A stretch of 64,000 nt of DNA, from assembly GCA_947590905.1 (NCBI GenBank), contig CANQCU010000002.1, forward strand, positions 75,332-139,331. The letters run 5' to 3'. Numbering within the stretch: the stretch's first letter is position 1; the number at the start of each line of letters is the position of its first letter. The notes under the pieces are model-generated. The model was not told the DNA's origin. It saw nothing but the letters and a program-made list of their open reading frames with translations, and searched no databases. Both the position numbers and the translations under genes were made by a program. Source of the DNA: an uncultured Clostridia bacterium (GTDB lineage: Bacteria > Bacillota > Clostridia > TANB77 > CAG-508). Below are positions 1 through 11,577 of this stretch, one piece after another.

Positions 1-657
1 TTTGTAAGTCTTTTTCTACTTCTTTTTGTATTACTCTTTCTCCATCTAATATATGACAAAAGTCTTTTTTTGCAATTTCTTTTATAATTTCTTTGCCTTT
101 AACTATATATGTATCAGCTGTTGCAATTCCATCTACTAGTCCGCTTCCAAGTCCAAATACAGCAGTTACTACAATTTCTTTTACGTTTGAGTTTACAGGA
201 TTTGCTCCAAAGGCTACTCCTGCTGTTTCTGATTTTACCATTTTTTGAATAATTACTGATGGAATTGTAATTTCTTCTATGTTATTTTCTTTTCTATATG
301 TTTCTATTCTTTCTGAGAAGGCAGACATATATACTTCTAGCACTTTCTCTATAACATTTGATTTCTTTATATATAAAAAAGTATCAAATTGACCTGCAAA
401 TGAGTTTTCTGCTGAATCTTCATTTCCAGCAGAAGATCTAATTGCAAAATATTCGTCATCATCAAATTCTTCTAATTTGCTCTGTATCTCACATTTTGCT
501 TCTTCCATTATACATTTATTTTCTATGTCAAATCCTGTGTATGCTACTACAAACCATTTTGGAATATTGTCTATTACACTTCCCATTTTAGAAAGTGCTA
601 CCGCTTTACCTCCCATTAATTCGTAGTTTTTACTTGTACTTTCTAATACATAATTCA
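1..657 (-). CDS. Partial CDS: N-terminal ~219 aa of a PEP-utilizing enzyme (PPDK_N ATP-grasp-like, PEP synthase / pyruvate phosphate dikinase type). The C-terminus lies beyond the window start.
   Basis: My own translation of the reverse complement gives MNYVLESTSKNYELMGGKAVALSKMGSVIDNIPKWFVVAYTGF...GLGSGLVDGIATADTYIV. The GGKxxxL...IPxxFVV motif is typical of the PPDK_N nucleotide-binding domain. ATG at 655-657. Not in the ORF track because it is truncated by the window edge. Confidence 0.4.
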
Positions 658-718
658 TTTCTTCTGTTCTCCTTATAGAAAATTAATATCTCTAGTTTTT
701 ATTTTTTGCTAGACGTTT

Positions 719-1630
719 TTAAATTAATAAACCTAAGCTTAAATAACTAAGCAATATGTATATATTAGCTGATATACCTGTTATTTTAGCCAATTTTCTA
801 TTCTGCCTAATTCCAAACAATATATTAATTAAAATTGCTATAGTATAGCTTCCAATTGTAAGTAACAAATAATTTTTGCCTAAAATATTTGTGTGTATTA
901 TCATTAAAATTGTTTCTAATATTGATAAAATTAACATTGCTTTTTTTATACCAAATACGTATGTATATGTCTTTACTCCATTTTCTTCATCTTCTTTGCA
1001 TCTTACTTTTCTTGCTATTTCTACTATCCAAGAAATAATATAAGATAATAATAGTAATTTCCATATGCTTACTAAATTTACCTCACAAACGAAACTAGAT
1101 AAATATATAACAAGTAATGGCATTAATAATTCATCTAAAAATACCTCACAAAGGATATGTTCACTTAAAAATTCTTTTATAAAAAATCCTTTACTCATTA
1201 TTGCAAAAAATAGCCATAATATTAAAAGAAACAGTATCCCACCGTAATGATTTGTATACATTGTAATTGCTACTTGTAAGATAACACATATAATAAATAG
1301 AACTTTTAATTCTTTTAGTTTTATAAGTCCTCTTGGTACTGGTCTATATGGTCTATATTTGCAATCTTCTTCATAATCTTTAAATTCATCTACTATACGT
1401 ACCATTAAGAATTGTAAGAATGCTACAATAAACATTGGAATTATTGTTTTCCACTCTACCGGATTTAGTTCTCCCATAAGATATGATTGTGGGTTATTAT
1501 AAAAGCTTGTCCTTTCTATAAATGTTACAAATGCGAACACGCCAAACACAATCGCAAATATGTATGTTCCATACATAAGTATTGGAAATCTTTCTTTTTG
1601 GTATGTATACCATTTTTTTAAAAAACTCAT
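719..1630 (-). CDS. Polytopic membrane protein, UbiA-family prenyltransferase-like.
   Basis: 303-aa ORF with about 8 hydrophobic segments and an Asp-rich loop (VRIVDEFKDYEED) resembling the UbiA NDxxDxxxD region. Confidence 0.35.
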   Translation of the reverse strand: MSFLKKWYTYQKERFPILMYGTYIFAIVFGVFAFVTFIERTSFYNNPQSYLMGELNPVEWKTIIPMFIVAFLQFLMVRIVDEFKDYEEDCKYRPYRPVPRGLIKLKELKVLFIICVILQVAITMYTNHYGGILFLLILWLFFAIMSKGFFIKEFLSEHILCEVFLDELLMPLLVIYLSSFVCEVNLVSIWKLLLLSYIISWIVEIARKVRCKEDEENGVKTYTYVFGIKKAMLILSILETILMIIHTNILGKNYLLLTIGSYTIAILINILFGIRQNRKLAKITGISANIYILLSYLSLGLLI

Positions 1631-1633
1631 ATA

Positions 1634-3128
1634 CTACTCCGTTATTTTTAAAATTTTTCTTAGTTCTTTATAATCAACTTTTGTGCTATGCCTTTTGTCT
1701 ACTGGAATTTTCTTTACATATTTTATTTCATCTATTTTTTCAAAATTAATTGCTTGTTTTATATCTTTTTCTTTAATTTTATTATCTCTTTCTAAAACTA
1801 AAATAATTTTATCTTTGTATTTAAAAATCGCAGTTTTCCCCATTTTAAGTTTAGAATGCAATGCTGCTTCTATATTAAAATATGGTTCTTTTATTCTTCC
1901 TCTTAGCCATAGTTTATTATCTTTATCTATAAAACCTAAATCTCCTGTCCTATGATATACTGTTCCATCTACTGAAAACTTATTTTCTTTATCTCCAATT
2001 CCACCAACATAACCTTTTAAAACATTTTTGCCTGTTACAACTATTTCTCCTATTTCTGTTTGCAAATCAATAAATTCTTCTTTTGTAATTTCTCCTATTT
2101 CTTTTAAATTAGTTTTTATTATTTTACAATCTTCGACTCCAACAATTTCTCCAGCTAAAATTCCTTGTCCGTTTTTTGTACTTTCTATTTCTTCTTTTGT
2201 CATTTCATCTATATTTAGTTTTGCTATTGGTTCTGCCTCAGTTGATCCATATAGTGTTGTTATTTTTGCGTTTGGGAATACTTTTTTTAAATCTTCTATA
2301 AAGTCTAAAAATACCGCTCCCCCTCCTGTAAATATTTTAGTTACTTCAGCAATTTTTTTGTTTCTTCTTATACAATGTTCTGTAATTACTTTTAATAAAC
2401 CGAGGTGATGCCATAAGTCTATTGATTTTATTCTTTGCGATTTGAATAATTAGTTTTTCTGCATTAGAATCTCCTAAATTAGAGTAATTTCCATTTGCTA
2501 TAACTGTTGTAATTCCAACATTTATGTTTGATAAAGTAAATATTGGAATTGTAGATAATTCTATATCGTTTTTATCATATTTTATGGTTTTTTCTAATAT
2601 TTCTCCTTGATATTCTAAAAATTTATGCGACCTTGCAACGATTTTAGGTTTTCCTGTCGTTCCACTTGTATATGTTAGTATTCCATAAAAATTTTCATTT
2701 ACATCTTCTATATTTAATTCTACTTTTTCGTTTAGTTCATTTATTATTTTAGAATTTATTTTTAATTTTAATGTCCTTAAGTTTTTATTTATATTTGCAT
2801 ACAATATGTATTTAGTTATACCTATTACAGCATCTATGTCATCAAATTCGTTTTTCTTTACTCCATTTTTTATGAATCCTGCATCCATAAAGCAAGGTAT
2901 TGCACCAATCGACCATATTGCAAGCAGTGTAACATATAATTCTACCGACATTGGTACTAATACTAAGACTTTGTTTTCTTTTTTTATTCCTATTTTTACT
3001 AAGTATTTTTTAAAATTCGAAACTTTATAATATAAGTCCTTATATGTAATTTTTTCGTTATTTTGTACTAAACAAATTTTATCAGGCATATTATTATAGT
3101 TTTCTAATAATTTATATGCTAGATTCAT
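1634..3128 (-). CDS. AMP-dependent synthetase/ligase (adenylate-forming enzyme). It is read as one protein only if a +1 shift occurs at the CGG at 2400-2402.
   Basis: Upstream frame carries TSGTTGKPK (A3). Downstream frame carries TLYGSTEAEP (A5), GEIVVTGKNVLKGY (A6) and YHRTGDLG (A7). The downstream frame is open up to 2449 and overlaps the upstream ORF. Deleting one C of the in-frame 'cct cgg ttt' restores ...LMASPGLLKVITEH... Confidence 0.6.
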
Positions 3129-4066
3129 TCTTTTACTTCCTTTCCATATATTGCATATTCTCTAATTACTTCTGTTTTATTTCTTTTAGCCATTTTTTGT
3201 GAGGTATTATTACTATACATAAAAGCAAATATCCATTCTTTAAAATTTTTATCCTTTGCGATTTTTGCTATTCTATTTAGAAGTACATTTCCTATTGCTA
3301 AATATTCATATTTAGGTGAAACTGCTATTGTTTTTAGTATAAGTGTTTGTAGTTTTTTTCCTTTTTTTAATTCTTCAAAATTTGGTATACAAAATACAAA
3401 TCCTATTTCTTTATTTTCTTTTTCTGCAATTAATATTAAATCTTCGTCTACCATATCTATGTATTGTTCATATTGTTTTATAAATTCTTCTTCTGTAATT
3501 GGTGTATAAAGTGGATTTCTACTAAAACTTTCTTTTGAAACATTATATATTTTTCTTAAATCTTCTTGGCTTTTTTGTTTGTTAAAATTTCTAATAGTTA
3601 TATTCTCGGATTTTAATTCTTCTTCTGCTATATCGAATGCTTCAGATTGATATGCATTTTTTATTAAGCCTTTTGTAGAAGTATATGTATATAGCTCTTT
3701 AAAACCTGCTTGTAATAGTATTTCATTATGCTCAATTGGATTTACATTTTCTAATAAAAATAAGTCTTCCCCATTTGTATATTTTAATGTTCTATATTTT
3801 TTCCAAGTATTACCATTCATTGGAGCAACTATTAATTCTACTTTTTCTTTTTTTAATATTTCCTCACATTTTTCTAATATTTGAATACCTGTTTTTTTGT
3901 CTCTACATTCAAATTCTCCAATACATCCAATATTCTTTTCATTGACTTTTGGTGTATCTTTAAAATAACATGTAGCTTTTGCTATTTCTGTTTGTTCATC
4001 ATATAAAATTACTTTTATATTTTTACCTTCATTTATTATTTTTAATTCCATATAAGAACTCCTCAC
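3125..4066 (-). CDS. GNAT-family N-acyltransferase-like protein, two acyl-CoA N-acyltransferase-like halves.
   Basis: 313-aa ORF with general GNAT-like composition (for example LAIGNVLLNRIAKIAK). No strong motif. Assigned mainly from context next to the adenylating enzyme. Confidence 0.3.
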   Translation of the reverse strand: MRSSYMELKIINEGKNIKVILYDEQTEIAKATCYFKDTPKVNEKNIGCIGEFECRDKKTGIQILEKCEEILKKEKVELIVAPMNGNTWKKYRTLKYTNGEDLFLLENVNPIEHNEILLQAGFKELYTYTSTKGLIKNAYQSEAFDIAEEELKSENITIRNFNKQKSQEDLRKIYNVSKESFSRNPLYTPITEEEFIKQYEQYIDMVDEDLILIAEKENKEIGFVFCIPNFEELKKGKKLQTLILKTIAVSPKYEYLAIGNVLLNRIAKIAKDKNFKEWIFAFMYSNNTSQKMAKRNKTEVIREYAIYGKEVKE

Positions 4067-4143
4067 GTTATTAAAATTATTTTTTTAATTAAGCTTTAGA
4101 AATTTATTTTTAACAAACTTCTAAGCTTTACAATCATTCTATA

Positions 4144-5488
4144 CTAGCTCTTTATATATTGGACTGCACTTATTATAATTGTTAACACTAATACTATTTT
4201 CATATGTATATATCCATTGTTTATTGATATACTTTCACTTTCTACATCTTTCTTTTTATAGCAAATTGCTAATGCGCTTATGATTAATGCTACTATCATA
4301 GTAAATAGCATTGTTAAACTTATATATTCATTAAATACTATTTTTTGTATTATTAAACTTGGAATAAATATTAAACCTATACCCTTACCTATAGAAATTA
4401 ATATATTGTCTATCTCTGGTATTTTAAAATAGTATTTTAACCTAACAAAAGTATTTACTATTAGGTGCATACTGTAACAACTTGCATAAATCATAAATAG
4501 TTCTTTTTTCATTCCGGTTATTGCTACTATTCCACATATTGCTAAACCTATTATAATGTTTGTCTCTATAATTCTCGCGTCATACATGTTTTGTTTTTCG
4601 GTTTCTATCATTTTAGGGAATCTCATAACTGTTAAAAATAAAATTAATGGTGGTAAGATTGCATATATTCCATATAAAGTTACAGTTAAATACCCGTGTG
4701 ACTAATGTTTCTACTAGTGCCAGTTTACTCCATGCTTTTACTCTGTTTGCAATTGTTACTAAAATAAATATTGCCCCTAAGATTGCTAGGTTTATTCTTA
4801 GCTGTTCTACTCCAAGTGGTATATGTGTTACTAAAAATGCATATGTTGTTAGTGGTATTAGCAAATTATCATTTCCTGTATGAGAGATCATTTCTATCAT
4901 AGCTACATTAAAGCCTATTATTGTTGATATTATTAGGGTTTCTTCTCTTCCTACATTAGTAAATAATAGTATAGGTACAAGTGACATTATGAATGCTACA
5001 ATAAAGAACATAAAGCTACCTTCTATGCTTTTTGCATCTTCATTTAATTCTGCTAAATTTTTCTTTGCATAGTTTTTGCCAATTAACGCAGCTGCACTAT
5101 CTGCAAATGTTAATATTAAAATTGGTATGCTGAATAAGATTTTATCACCTTTTGATAAATAAAATATTAAAAATACGGATATTACAAAAAATATCTCTCC
5201 TAAAGATTCTCTTTCTACTCCATAAAGTACTGTTCCTATTGTTTGTTTTAGTTTTGTATTTTTTAGTATGTACATTATAAATATAGCAATAATTCCCAAG
5301 ATTCCAACTGAAAAGCTAGATGTAAATATATATGGAAATGTAAGCATTGTAAGTCCCATTGTTATATGAAATAATTTTCTTTTCATCTCTCCATTTAATT
5401 TTGCTTTTTTTTCGATTAACTTTATAATTACTAGTGCTATAAATAATATTACTATTACAAATAGCATACTTTTCCACTCTACTATCAT
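4144..5488 (-). CDS. Large polytopic membrane protein with an N-terminal CTP-transferase-1 / dolichol-kinase-like region. It is read as one ~445-aa protein only with a +1 shift at the CGG at 4694-4696.
   Basis: ORF 4613..5488 shows KRKLFHI...GDxxAAxxG-type features (FADSAAALIGKNYAKKNL). Its tail after the in-frame CGG is non-membrane junk. Removing one C gives ...LVTGYLTVTLYGIYAILPPLILFLTVMRFPKMIETEKQ..., which fuses with ORF 4144..4626. Confidence 0.4.
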
Positions 5489-6600
5489 TACTTTATCTCC
5501 TCTATAATAAAGTTACTATAGAAAAATGCCTTGTCTTTTTTTAGTAGTTCCTTAGATTCTTTTTCTTTGTATTCTAAGTTGTCAAAATATTTTGATGCTC
5601 TTTTATCTGCTAACATATTCCAATATGCTAATCTTGTTTTTGCAGGTGACTTTGTAAATATTTTTTCAATTATCTTACACATTTGACTATCATCCATATA
5701 TTCAAAAATATCGCTTAAATTATATTTGCTAATATAATCTACATCTTCTCTTTCTACAAATGTTTCTACTGATTCTGAGAGTAGTATGAGCTTATCTATA
5801 TTCTTTTTAATTGTCTCAAAATTTTCTTTTCTATATGCTACTGGTAGAACATTGTCATATTTTCCATTAATAATATAATGTAAGTATGAATTTTGTGATG
5901 TATCTAGTTCTGTTATTGCATACTTAGTTCTCTCTAAGATATGCTCTGCTACATTTACATTTACATATCTAAAAAATGCTTTATCTCTACCTAATTTTCC
6001 CATAACTGTTCTTGAGAAAAATATTCTAAATAAAGCTTTCCATCTAAGGTTATTCCATTTTTTATCGTAAAATTCTATTCTTTCTTCTCTTGTTTTACTT
6101 TTTAATAACTCTTGTCTTATTTTTTTACTGTGTATTAATGGCAAAACTTTTTTCCCAAATAATTGAAAGTAATGCTCAAATTTCCCTGTATGTATAATTC
6201 CTTTTTCTATTATATCTATATTATTATCCAAGTATTGTTTTGTAGCTTTTGATAAATTTTCTTTTATTTTATTATATATTTCTATTCTATTATCACATTC
6301 AAATACACCTATGAGTCTCATGCATTCATCATAATCTAAAAATTTATATGCTATTTTTTTTAATTCTGTACATGCCATTTGATTGGTATTTAAGTCTATA
6401 GCATATATTTTGTTTGGATTTTTGATTAGCATACTTATAGCGTTTTCCCCTGCTGAGGCTATTGATAATATGTTGTCTTTTTCATTTATTTGTAAGCCTT
6501 GTATTAATATTTCTGCATCTTCCCATACTTGTGCGTATCTTATTATATCAAATTTGGCATAGTCTTCAACTTCGCTTTTTACTAACTCTTTTGTACTCAT
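5488..6600 (-). CDS. BtaA-like / DUF3419-like SAM-binding protein (betaine-lipid synthase-like N-terminal domain).
   Basis: 370-aa ORF. N-terminus ...IIRYAQVWEDAEILIQGL... and Rossmann-like ILSIASAGENAISML...KIYAIDLN, as in BtaA family proteins. Confidence 0.35.
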   Translation of the reverse strand: MSTKELVKSEVEDYAKFDIIRYAQVWEDAEILIQGLQINEKDNILSIASAGENAISMLIKNPNKIYAIDLNTNQMACTELKKIAYKFLDYDECMRLIGVFECDNRIEIYNKIKENLSKATKQYLDNNIDIIEKGIIHTGKFEHYFQLFGKKVLPLIHSKKIRQELLKSKTREERIEFYDKKWNNLRWKALFRIFFSRTVMGKLGRDKAFFRYVNVNVAEHILERTKYAITELDTSQNSYLHYIINGKYDNVLPVAYRKENFETIKKNIDKLILLSESVETFVEREDVDYISKYNLSDIFEYMDDSQMCKIIEKIFTKSPAKTRLAYWNMLADKRASKYFDNLEYKEKESKELLKKDKAFFYSNFIIEEIK

Positions 6601-6816
6601 TTTTTCCCCTCATTTGTAATTATAATTATATAATTTTATTATATTATAAAGTAGCTTAAAAAACAACAAATTTAGACTAATTGTATATTTTTTACTACTA
6701 AATAATATTTTTCGTTTTTAAAAGATATAAAAAAAGCAAATCTACACAAATAAAGGTAGCTTAACCTTTTTGTTCCGGAAATTTCTGCGAAATTTCCTAT
6801 GAAATAAAAATTTATT

Positions 6817-7494
6817 TTAATCTTTTGCAATTGTTAATACTCCTATTTTTAGAGGTTTCGCTTTAGCTAAAGTTTTGCTACATTCGTTTACTGTGCTTCC
6901 TGTTGTATATATGTCATCTATCAATAATAATTTTTTGTTATATAATTTTTCTTCATTTAATAGTTTGTATGCCCCTACTATATTTTTTAATCTTTCTTCT
7001 TTATTTAACTTATTTTGTTCTATTATATCTTTTGTTTTTATAAGACAATTATCATTGTAATTTAATTTTAAATTTTTTGCTATTTCCTTAGCAATTAAAC
7101 TACTTTGATTATAGCCTCTTTTTGCTAATCTTTTTTTACTAATTGGAACTGGTATTATTGTATTATAAGTTTTTATAACCTCACATATTTTTTCATTTTT
7201 TAAGGCTAATTTTGCAAATGTTTTATACATATATGATTTATCAAAGAATTTATAAGATAAAATGTCTTCTCTAAATTTTCCTTCGTAATTTGCTAAATAT
7301 ATATGTTCTTCAAAAAACATATCTTTCTTTTCTTCTATTTTGTATATTAGTTTTTTGTTTATTTCTTCTTCGCATTTTTCGCATAAGGAATTTTGATTTA
7401 TTTTTCCACAAAATCCGCATACATTTGGGTAGAGTAGGTCTAATAAAAAGTCTAAAATTTTGTTCACCTTCTTTTTTAAGCTAAACTCCCCCAA
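6817..7494 (-). CDS. comFC: ComF operon protein C (phosphoribosyltransferase-domain competence protein).
   Basis: N-terminal Cys cluster CGFCGKINQNSLCEKCEEE and C-terminal PRTase signature LLLIDDIYTTGSTV. Confidence 0.7.
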   Translation of the reverse strand: MGEFSLKKKVNKILDFLLDLLYPNVCGFCGKINQNSLCEKCEEEINKKLIYKIEEKKDMFFEEHIYLANYEGKFREDILSYKFFDKSYMYKTFAKLALKNEKICEVIKTYNTIIPVPISKKRLAKRGYNQSSLIAKEIAKNLKLNYNDNCLIKTKDIIEQNKLNKEERLKNIVGAYKLLNEEKLYNKKLLLIDDIYTTGSTVNECSKTLAKAKPLKIGVLTIAKD

Positions 7495-7671
7495 AAAATT
7501 AGCTACCTTTATTTATTAGAATTAATAATATTTTATTTTCTAGAACTTTGCTGTCGCAACTTCCATATTAAAAAAGAAAATGTAAGTTGCTTATGTTTCG
7601 CACTCCGCATGCGCTACGTTTGATCGCTTACGCAGTTCTTTCAAATAAAATATTATTAATTCTATTGTAAT

Positions 7672-9866
7672 TTAAATTCCCTCCATTTTGAATTCGAGTC
7701 CTGTATTTCTAACTTTTGCATCTGTATTTTTTATCATAAAGTTTATTACATCTTGAGAACCAATTATTATTAATAATTTTTTTGCTCTTGTTATTGCTGT
7801 GTATAAAAGATTTCTCGTAAGTAACATTGGTGCTGATCTAACTACTGGCATTATTACTACATCAAATTCGCTTCCTTGTGATTTGTGCACTGTTATTGCA
7901 TAGGAATGTTCTATTTGGTCTAACTCTGAGAATTCATATCTTGCAATTTTTCCATCAAAGTTTACTTCTACATATTCTGATATATTATTAATTTTTATAA
8001 TTGTTCCCATTTCTCCATTAAAGATTCCATTTCCGATATTGCCATTTTGTTCCCATTCTATGTCATAATTGTTTTTCATTTGCATAACTAGGTCGCCTTC
8101 TCTAAATACTACTTGTCCGAACTGATTTCTCTTGTTTTTTTATGTTTTCAGGATTTAAGAGTGCTTGTACTTTTTTATTGAGTTCTTTTGTTCCAACTAA
8201 ACCTTTTTTACTAGGCGTAATTATTTGTACACTATTAAATTCTTCGTAATTATCAAATTTTTTTAATCCGTCTTTGCATAATGATAATACAAAGTCTACA
8301 ATTCTTTCTGGATTTGTTTCTTGCACTAAAAAGAAGTCTCTATTTAGGTTATTATCATCATCTATAAATGATTTTCCTGAATTAACTCTGTGTGCATTAA
8401 GAATTATTTTGCTTTTTGCTGCTTGTCTAAAAATTTTATCTAAAACTATGACATTTATTCTTCCTGATGCAATTATATCTTTTAAAATACTTCCTGGTCC
8501 TACTGATGGAAGCTGATCAACATCTCCAACAAGTACAAGCTTTGTTCCTTCATATATCCCTGTAAGTAAGTATTTCATTAATGCTAAATCTATCATAGAT
8601 GTCTCGTCAACTATTACTACATCTGCATCTATTGGCTCTATTTTCATGTCTTCATCTATATATTTTGTATCATTTATTTTTGAAATTTGAAGTAGCCTAT
8701 GAAGCGTTTTGGCATCTTCTCCAGTTGTTTCTGTCATTTTCTTTGCAGCTCTTCCTGTTGGTGCACAAAGAACTACTTTCTTTCCTTCTTTTTTATATAG
8801 TTCTATTATACTTTTTATTATGGTTGTTTTTCCTGTTCCTGGTCCTCCTGTTATTACACATACATTATGGTCATTTACTGCATATATTGCTTCTCTTTGC
8901 TTATCTGATAATTCTATTTTATTTTCTTTTTCTATTTTTTCTAATTTTTCTTCTATAAATACTATTCTCTTTCTGTTTTTCACATTGTCTAGTCTTACTA
9001 ATTTCCCTGCAATAAATATTTCTGCTTCATAGAATTCTTTTAAGTATACCCATTCTATATCATCTTGTTTTTCTATTACTATCTGCTCTTTTACTTTCAT
9101 CTGATTCAAAAATTCATTTATTGTACTTTCTGAAATCTCTAAAAGTGTTGAGACAAAGTCTAATAAATTGTTTTTTATAACGCAAGTATGTCCGTTATAT
9201 GAGCTTAAAAGAAGTCCATATTTTATTCCATAAGTTATTCTTTGCTCATCATCATTTCTTATTCCTATTCTCAAAGCCGCTTCGTCTATTGTTTTGAAGC
9301 TTATTCCTCTAACTACATCTATTAATCTATATGGATCTTGCTTTATTTCTTCTACTGCATTTATTCCGTATATTTCATATACTTTTTTTGCATAGCTTGA
9401 GCTTATACCTATTTCATCTAGAAAGCTCACTATTTTCCAAAGTTCTCTTGATTCTATAAAACTTTCTGAAATTTCTATTGCTTTTTCAGGAGTTATTCCC
9501 TTTATAACTGAAAGTTTTTCTGGTTCATTTTCTATTACAGAAATAGTGTCGTCTCCAAATTCTTTTATGATTTTCTTAGCTGTTTTTGGTCCTACCCATT
9601 TTATTGCTCCACTTGCTAAATATTTTTCAAGTGCATCTAAAGTTTCTGGCATAGTCTTTTTGAAAGTGTTTACTTTAAATTGTCTTCCATAATCTTTATG
9701 AACTACATATTCACCAGTAACTACTATAATATCTCCGACATTTACAAATGGCAAATATCCTACAATTGTTATTTCTCCGAGCTGTTTCTGTCCTGAGTTT
9801 TGCAATTGTGTATGAATTTATTTCATTACTATATATAATTGTTTCTATTTGTCCTTCTAGTTCCAA
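7672..9866 (-). CDS. recD2: ATP-dependent RecD2-like DNA helicase, read across two C-GGN shift sites (9777-9779 and 8117-8119).
   Basis: The N-terminus is reconstructed from another frame: TTG at 9864-9866 with an AGGAAAAG RBS, then ELEGQIETIIYSNEINSYTIAKLRTETA[cgg]GEITIVGYLPFVNVG, which matches the RecD2 N-terminal pattern. Walker A GGPGTGKTT. Second site: ...NPENIKKQEKSV[c]GQVVFREGDLVMQMKNNYD, then HKSQGSEF...LLYTAITRAKK. Confidence 0.7.
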
Positions 9867-9963
9867 TTTACTTTTCCTTAAATAAAATTTAGGTTTTAAA
9901 ATTTAAGTTACTTTAAATCTTAAATCTTATGGTTTTCCTATAACCGTTTTATTTTAGCTATAG

Positions 9964-10623
9964 TTAATTTTTTAATGAGTCTATTGCTTTTCCATAGTCT
10001 TCTTTACTAACTATTGCTGTTCCAGCAACAAATATATTTGCTCCTGCATTTTTTGCTTTTTCTATTGTTTCGTCATTTATTCCACCATCTACTTCAATGT
10101 CTATATCTATATTGTTTTTTTCTATATATTCTTTTAGTTTTTTTACTTTTTCTAATGTCTCTGGAATTAACTTTTGTCCACCAAGTCCTGGTTCTACTGT
10201 CATGACTAAACACATATGTATATATGGTAAATATTCATATACATCTTCTATTTTTGTTCCTGGTTTTACAGAAATTCCTACCTTTATATTGTTTTCTTTT
10301 ATATAATCTATATATTTTTTTACTTCTTCTTTTGATTTTGTAGCTTCAAGATGGAATGTTATTATATTTGGTTTTAATGCGATATATTCATCTATAAATT
10401 TTTTTACATCTTCTACCATTAAGTGAACATCAATTGGAATGTTAGAGATTTGCTTTATTGCGTTTGCATATTCTCTCATCATTTCTACTGTATTTTTTGG
10501 AACGAATTTTCCATCCATTACATCTATATGAAAATAGTCTGTATGTGCAACCTCCAATCCATAAAATACTTTCATCATGTTTTCTTTTTCTACATTTAAT
10601 ACTGATGTTGATATTTCTACCAT
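9964..10623 (-). CDS. rpe: Ribulose-phosphate 3-epimerase.
   Basis: 219 aa, MVEISTSVLN...HIDVMDGKFVPN...VEPGLGGQK...FVAGTAI, the canonical Rpe signature. Synteny with rsgA. Confidence 0.8.
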   Translation of the reverse strand: MVEISTSVLNVEKENMMKVFYGLEVAHTDYFHIDVMDGKFVPKNTVEMMREYANAIKQISNIPIDVHLMVEDVKKFIDEYIALKPNIITFHLEATKSKEEVKKYIDYIKENNIKVGISVKPGTKIEDVYEYLPYIHMCLVMTVEPGLGGQKLIPETLEKVKKLKEYIEKNNIDIDIEVDGGINDETIEKAKNAGANIFVAGTAIVSKEDYGKAIDSLKN

Positions 10624-11496
10624 TTATGTTCCTCCTTATCTTTTAAATCATTATATATTTTTATATAATTTTCATATCTTGATATATCTATTTTTCCATT
10701 TTGAATAGCATTTTTTATTCCGCAATTTTCTTCTTTTATGTGTGTACAACCAACAAATTCACATTCTTCTACATGATTCTTAAATTCTATAAAGTATTTA
10801 TCTAAATCTTTTGTTTCTATTTCATATATATCCATTGTTTGAAATCCTGGAGTGTCTACGAGATATGTATTTTTTTCTATTTCGTATAAAGATATTTTTG
10901 TTGTTGTGTTTTTGCCCATTTTATTTTTTTCACTAATTTCTCCAACATTGGTTTCTTCTCTATCTAATATTTTATTTGTAAGTGTTGATTTTCCGAACTC
11001 CAGATTGTCCGTGCAAAAACTGATGTGTTATTTTTTAATATTTTTCTTAATTCTTCTATTCCATCTCCTTTTATGCTATCTGTTTTTATTACTTTATATC
11101 CGTGTTTTCTCATATATGCTTGCAATTTTATCTGCTTCTTTTTTATTTAAATCTATTTTATTTATTACAATGGCTGGTTTGATTTTTGAGAATTCTGCAA
11201 ATATAAGCTCCTTATCTAACATTAATAAATTAGGTTTTGGCATTTTACTTGATATAACAAATATTATTTGAGAAATATTGCTGACTTTTGGTCTTTTTAT
11301 GAAAGATGTTCTTTCTAAAATAGAATTTATAACTCCATTTTCTTTATCTATGATTTCAATTTCTACATTGTCTCCAACTACTGGTTTTATTTCTTCTGTT
11401 TTGAATTTTCCTCTTGCTGTGCATTCATATTTTATTCCGATTTTCTGCTAGTACAGTGTATGTATTTGAGACATTTCTTATTATTTTTCCTATCAT
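10617..11496 (-). CDS. rsgA: Ribosome small-subunit-dependent GTPase A (RsgA/EngC). It is readable only across four C-GGN shift sites.
   Basis: ATG at 11494-11496 with an AGGAGAA RBS. N-terminus MIGKIIRNVSNTYTVLAEN[c]GIKYECTARGKF...IYEKT[c]GYKVIKTDS...SVFA[c]GQSGV[c]GKSTLTNKIL... joins ORF 10617..10919 (DTPGF, CxFxGCxH zinc knuckle). Shift sites at 11438, 11100, 11009 and 10993. Confidence 0.7.
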
Positions 11497-11577
11497 TAAA
11501 TTTTTCTCCTCTTAACTATATAGCAATATTATATTTTTAATTATTACTTATTGGAATTGGAAATATTATAATTTTTT

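Noticed and set aside
9806-9826. In-frame stop two codons into the ORF tool's recD2 frame (MK*IHTQLQNSGQ...), which looked like a nonsense mutation.
   Set aside because: The genuine N-terminus is in the -1 frame (TTG at 9864-9866, MELEGQIETIIYSNEINSYTIAKLRTETA) and joins the main frame through the CGG at 9777-9779.
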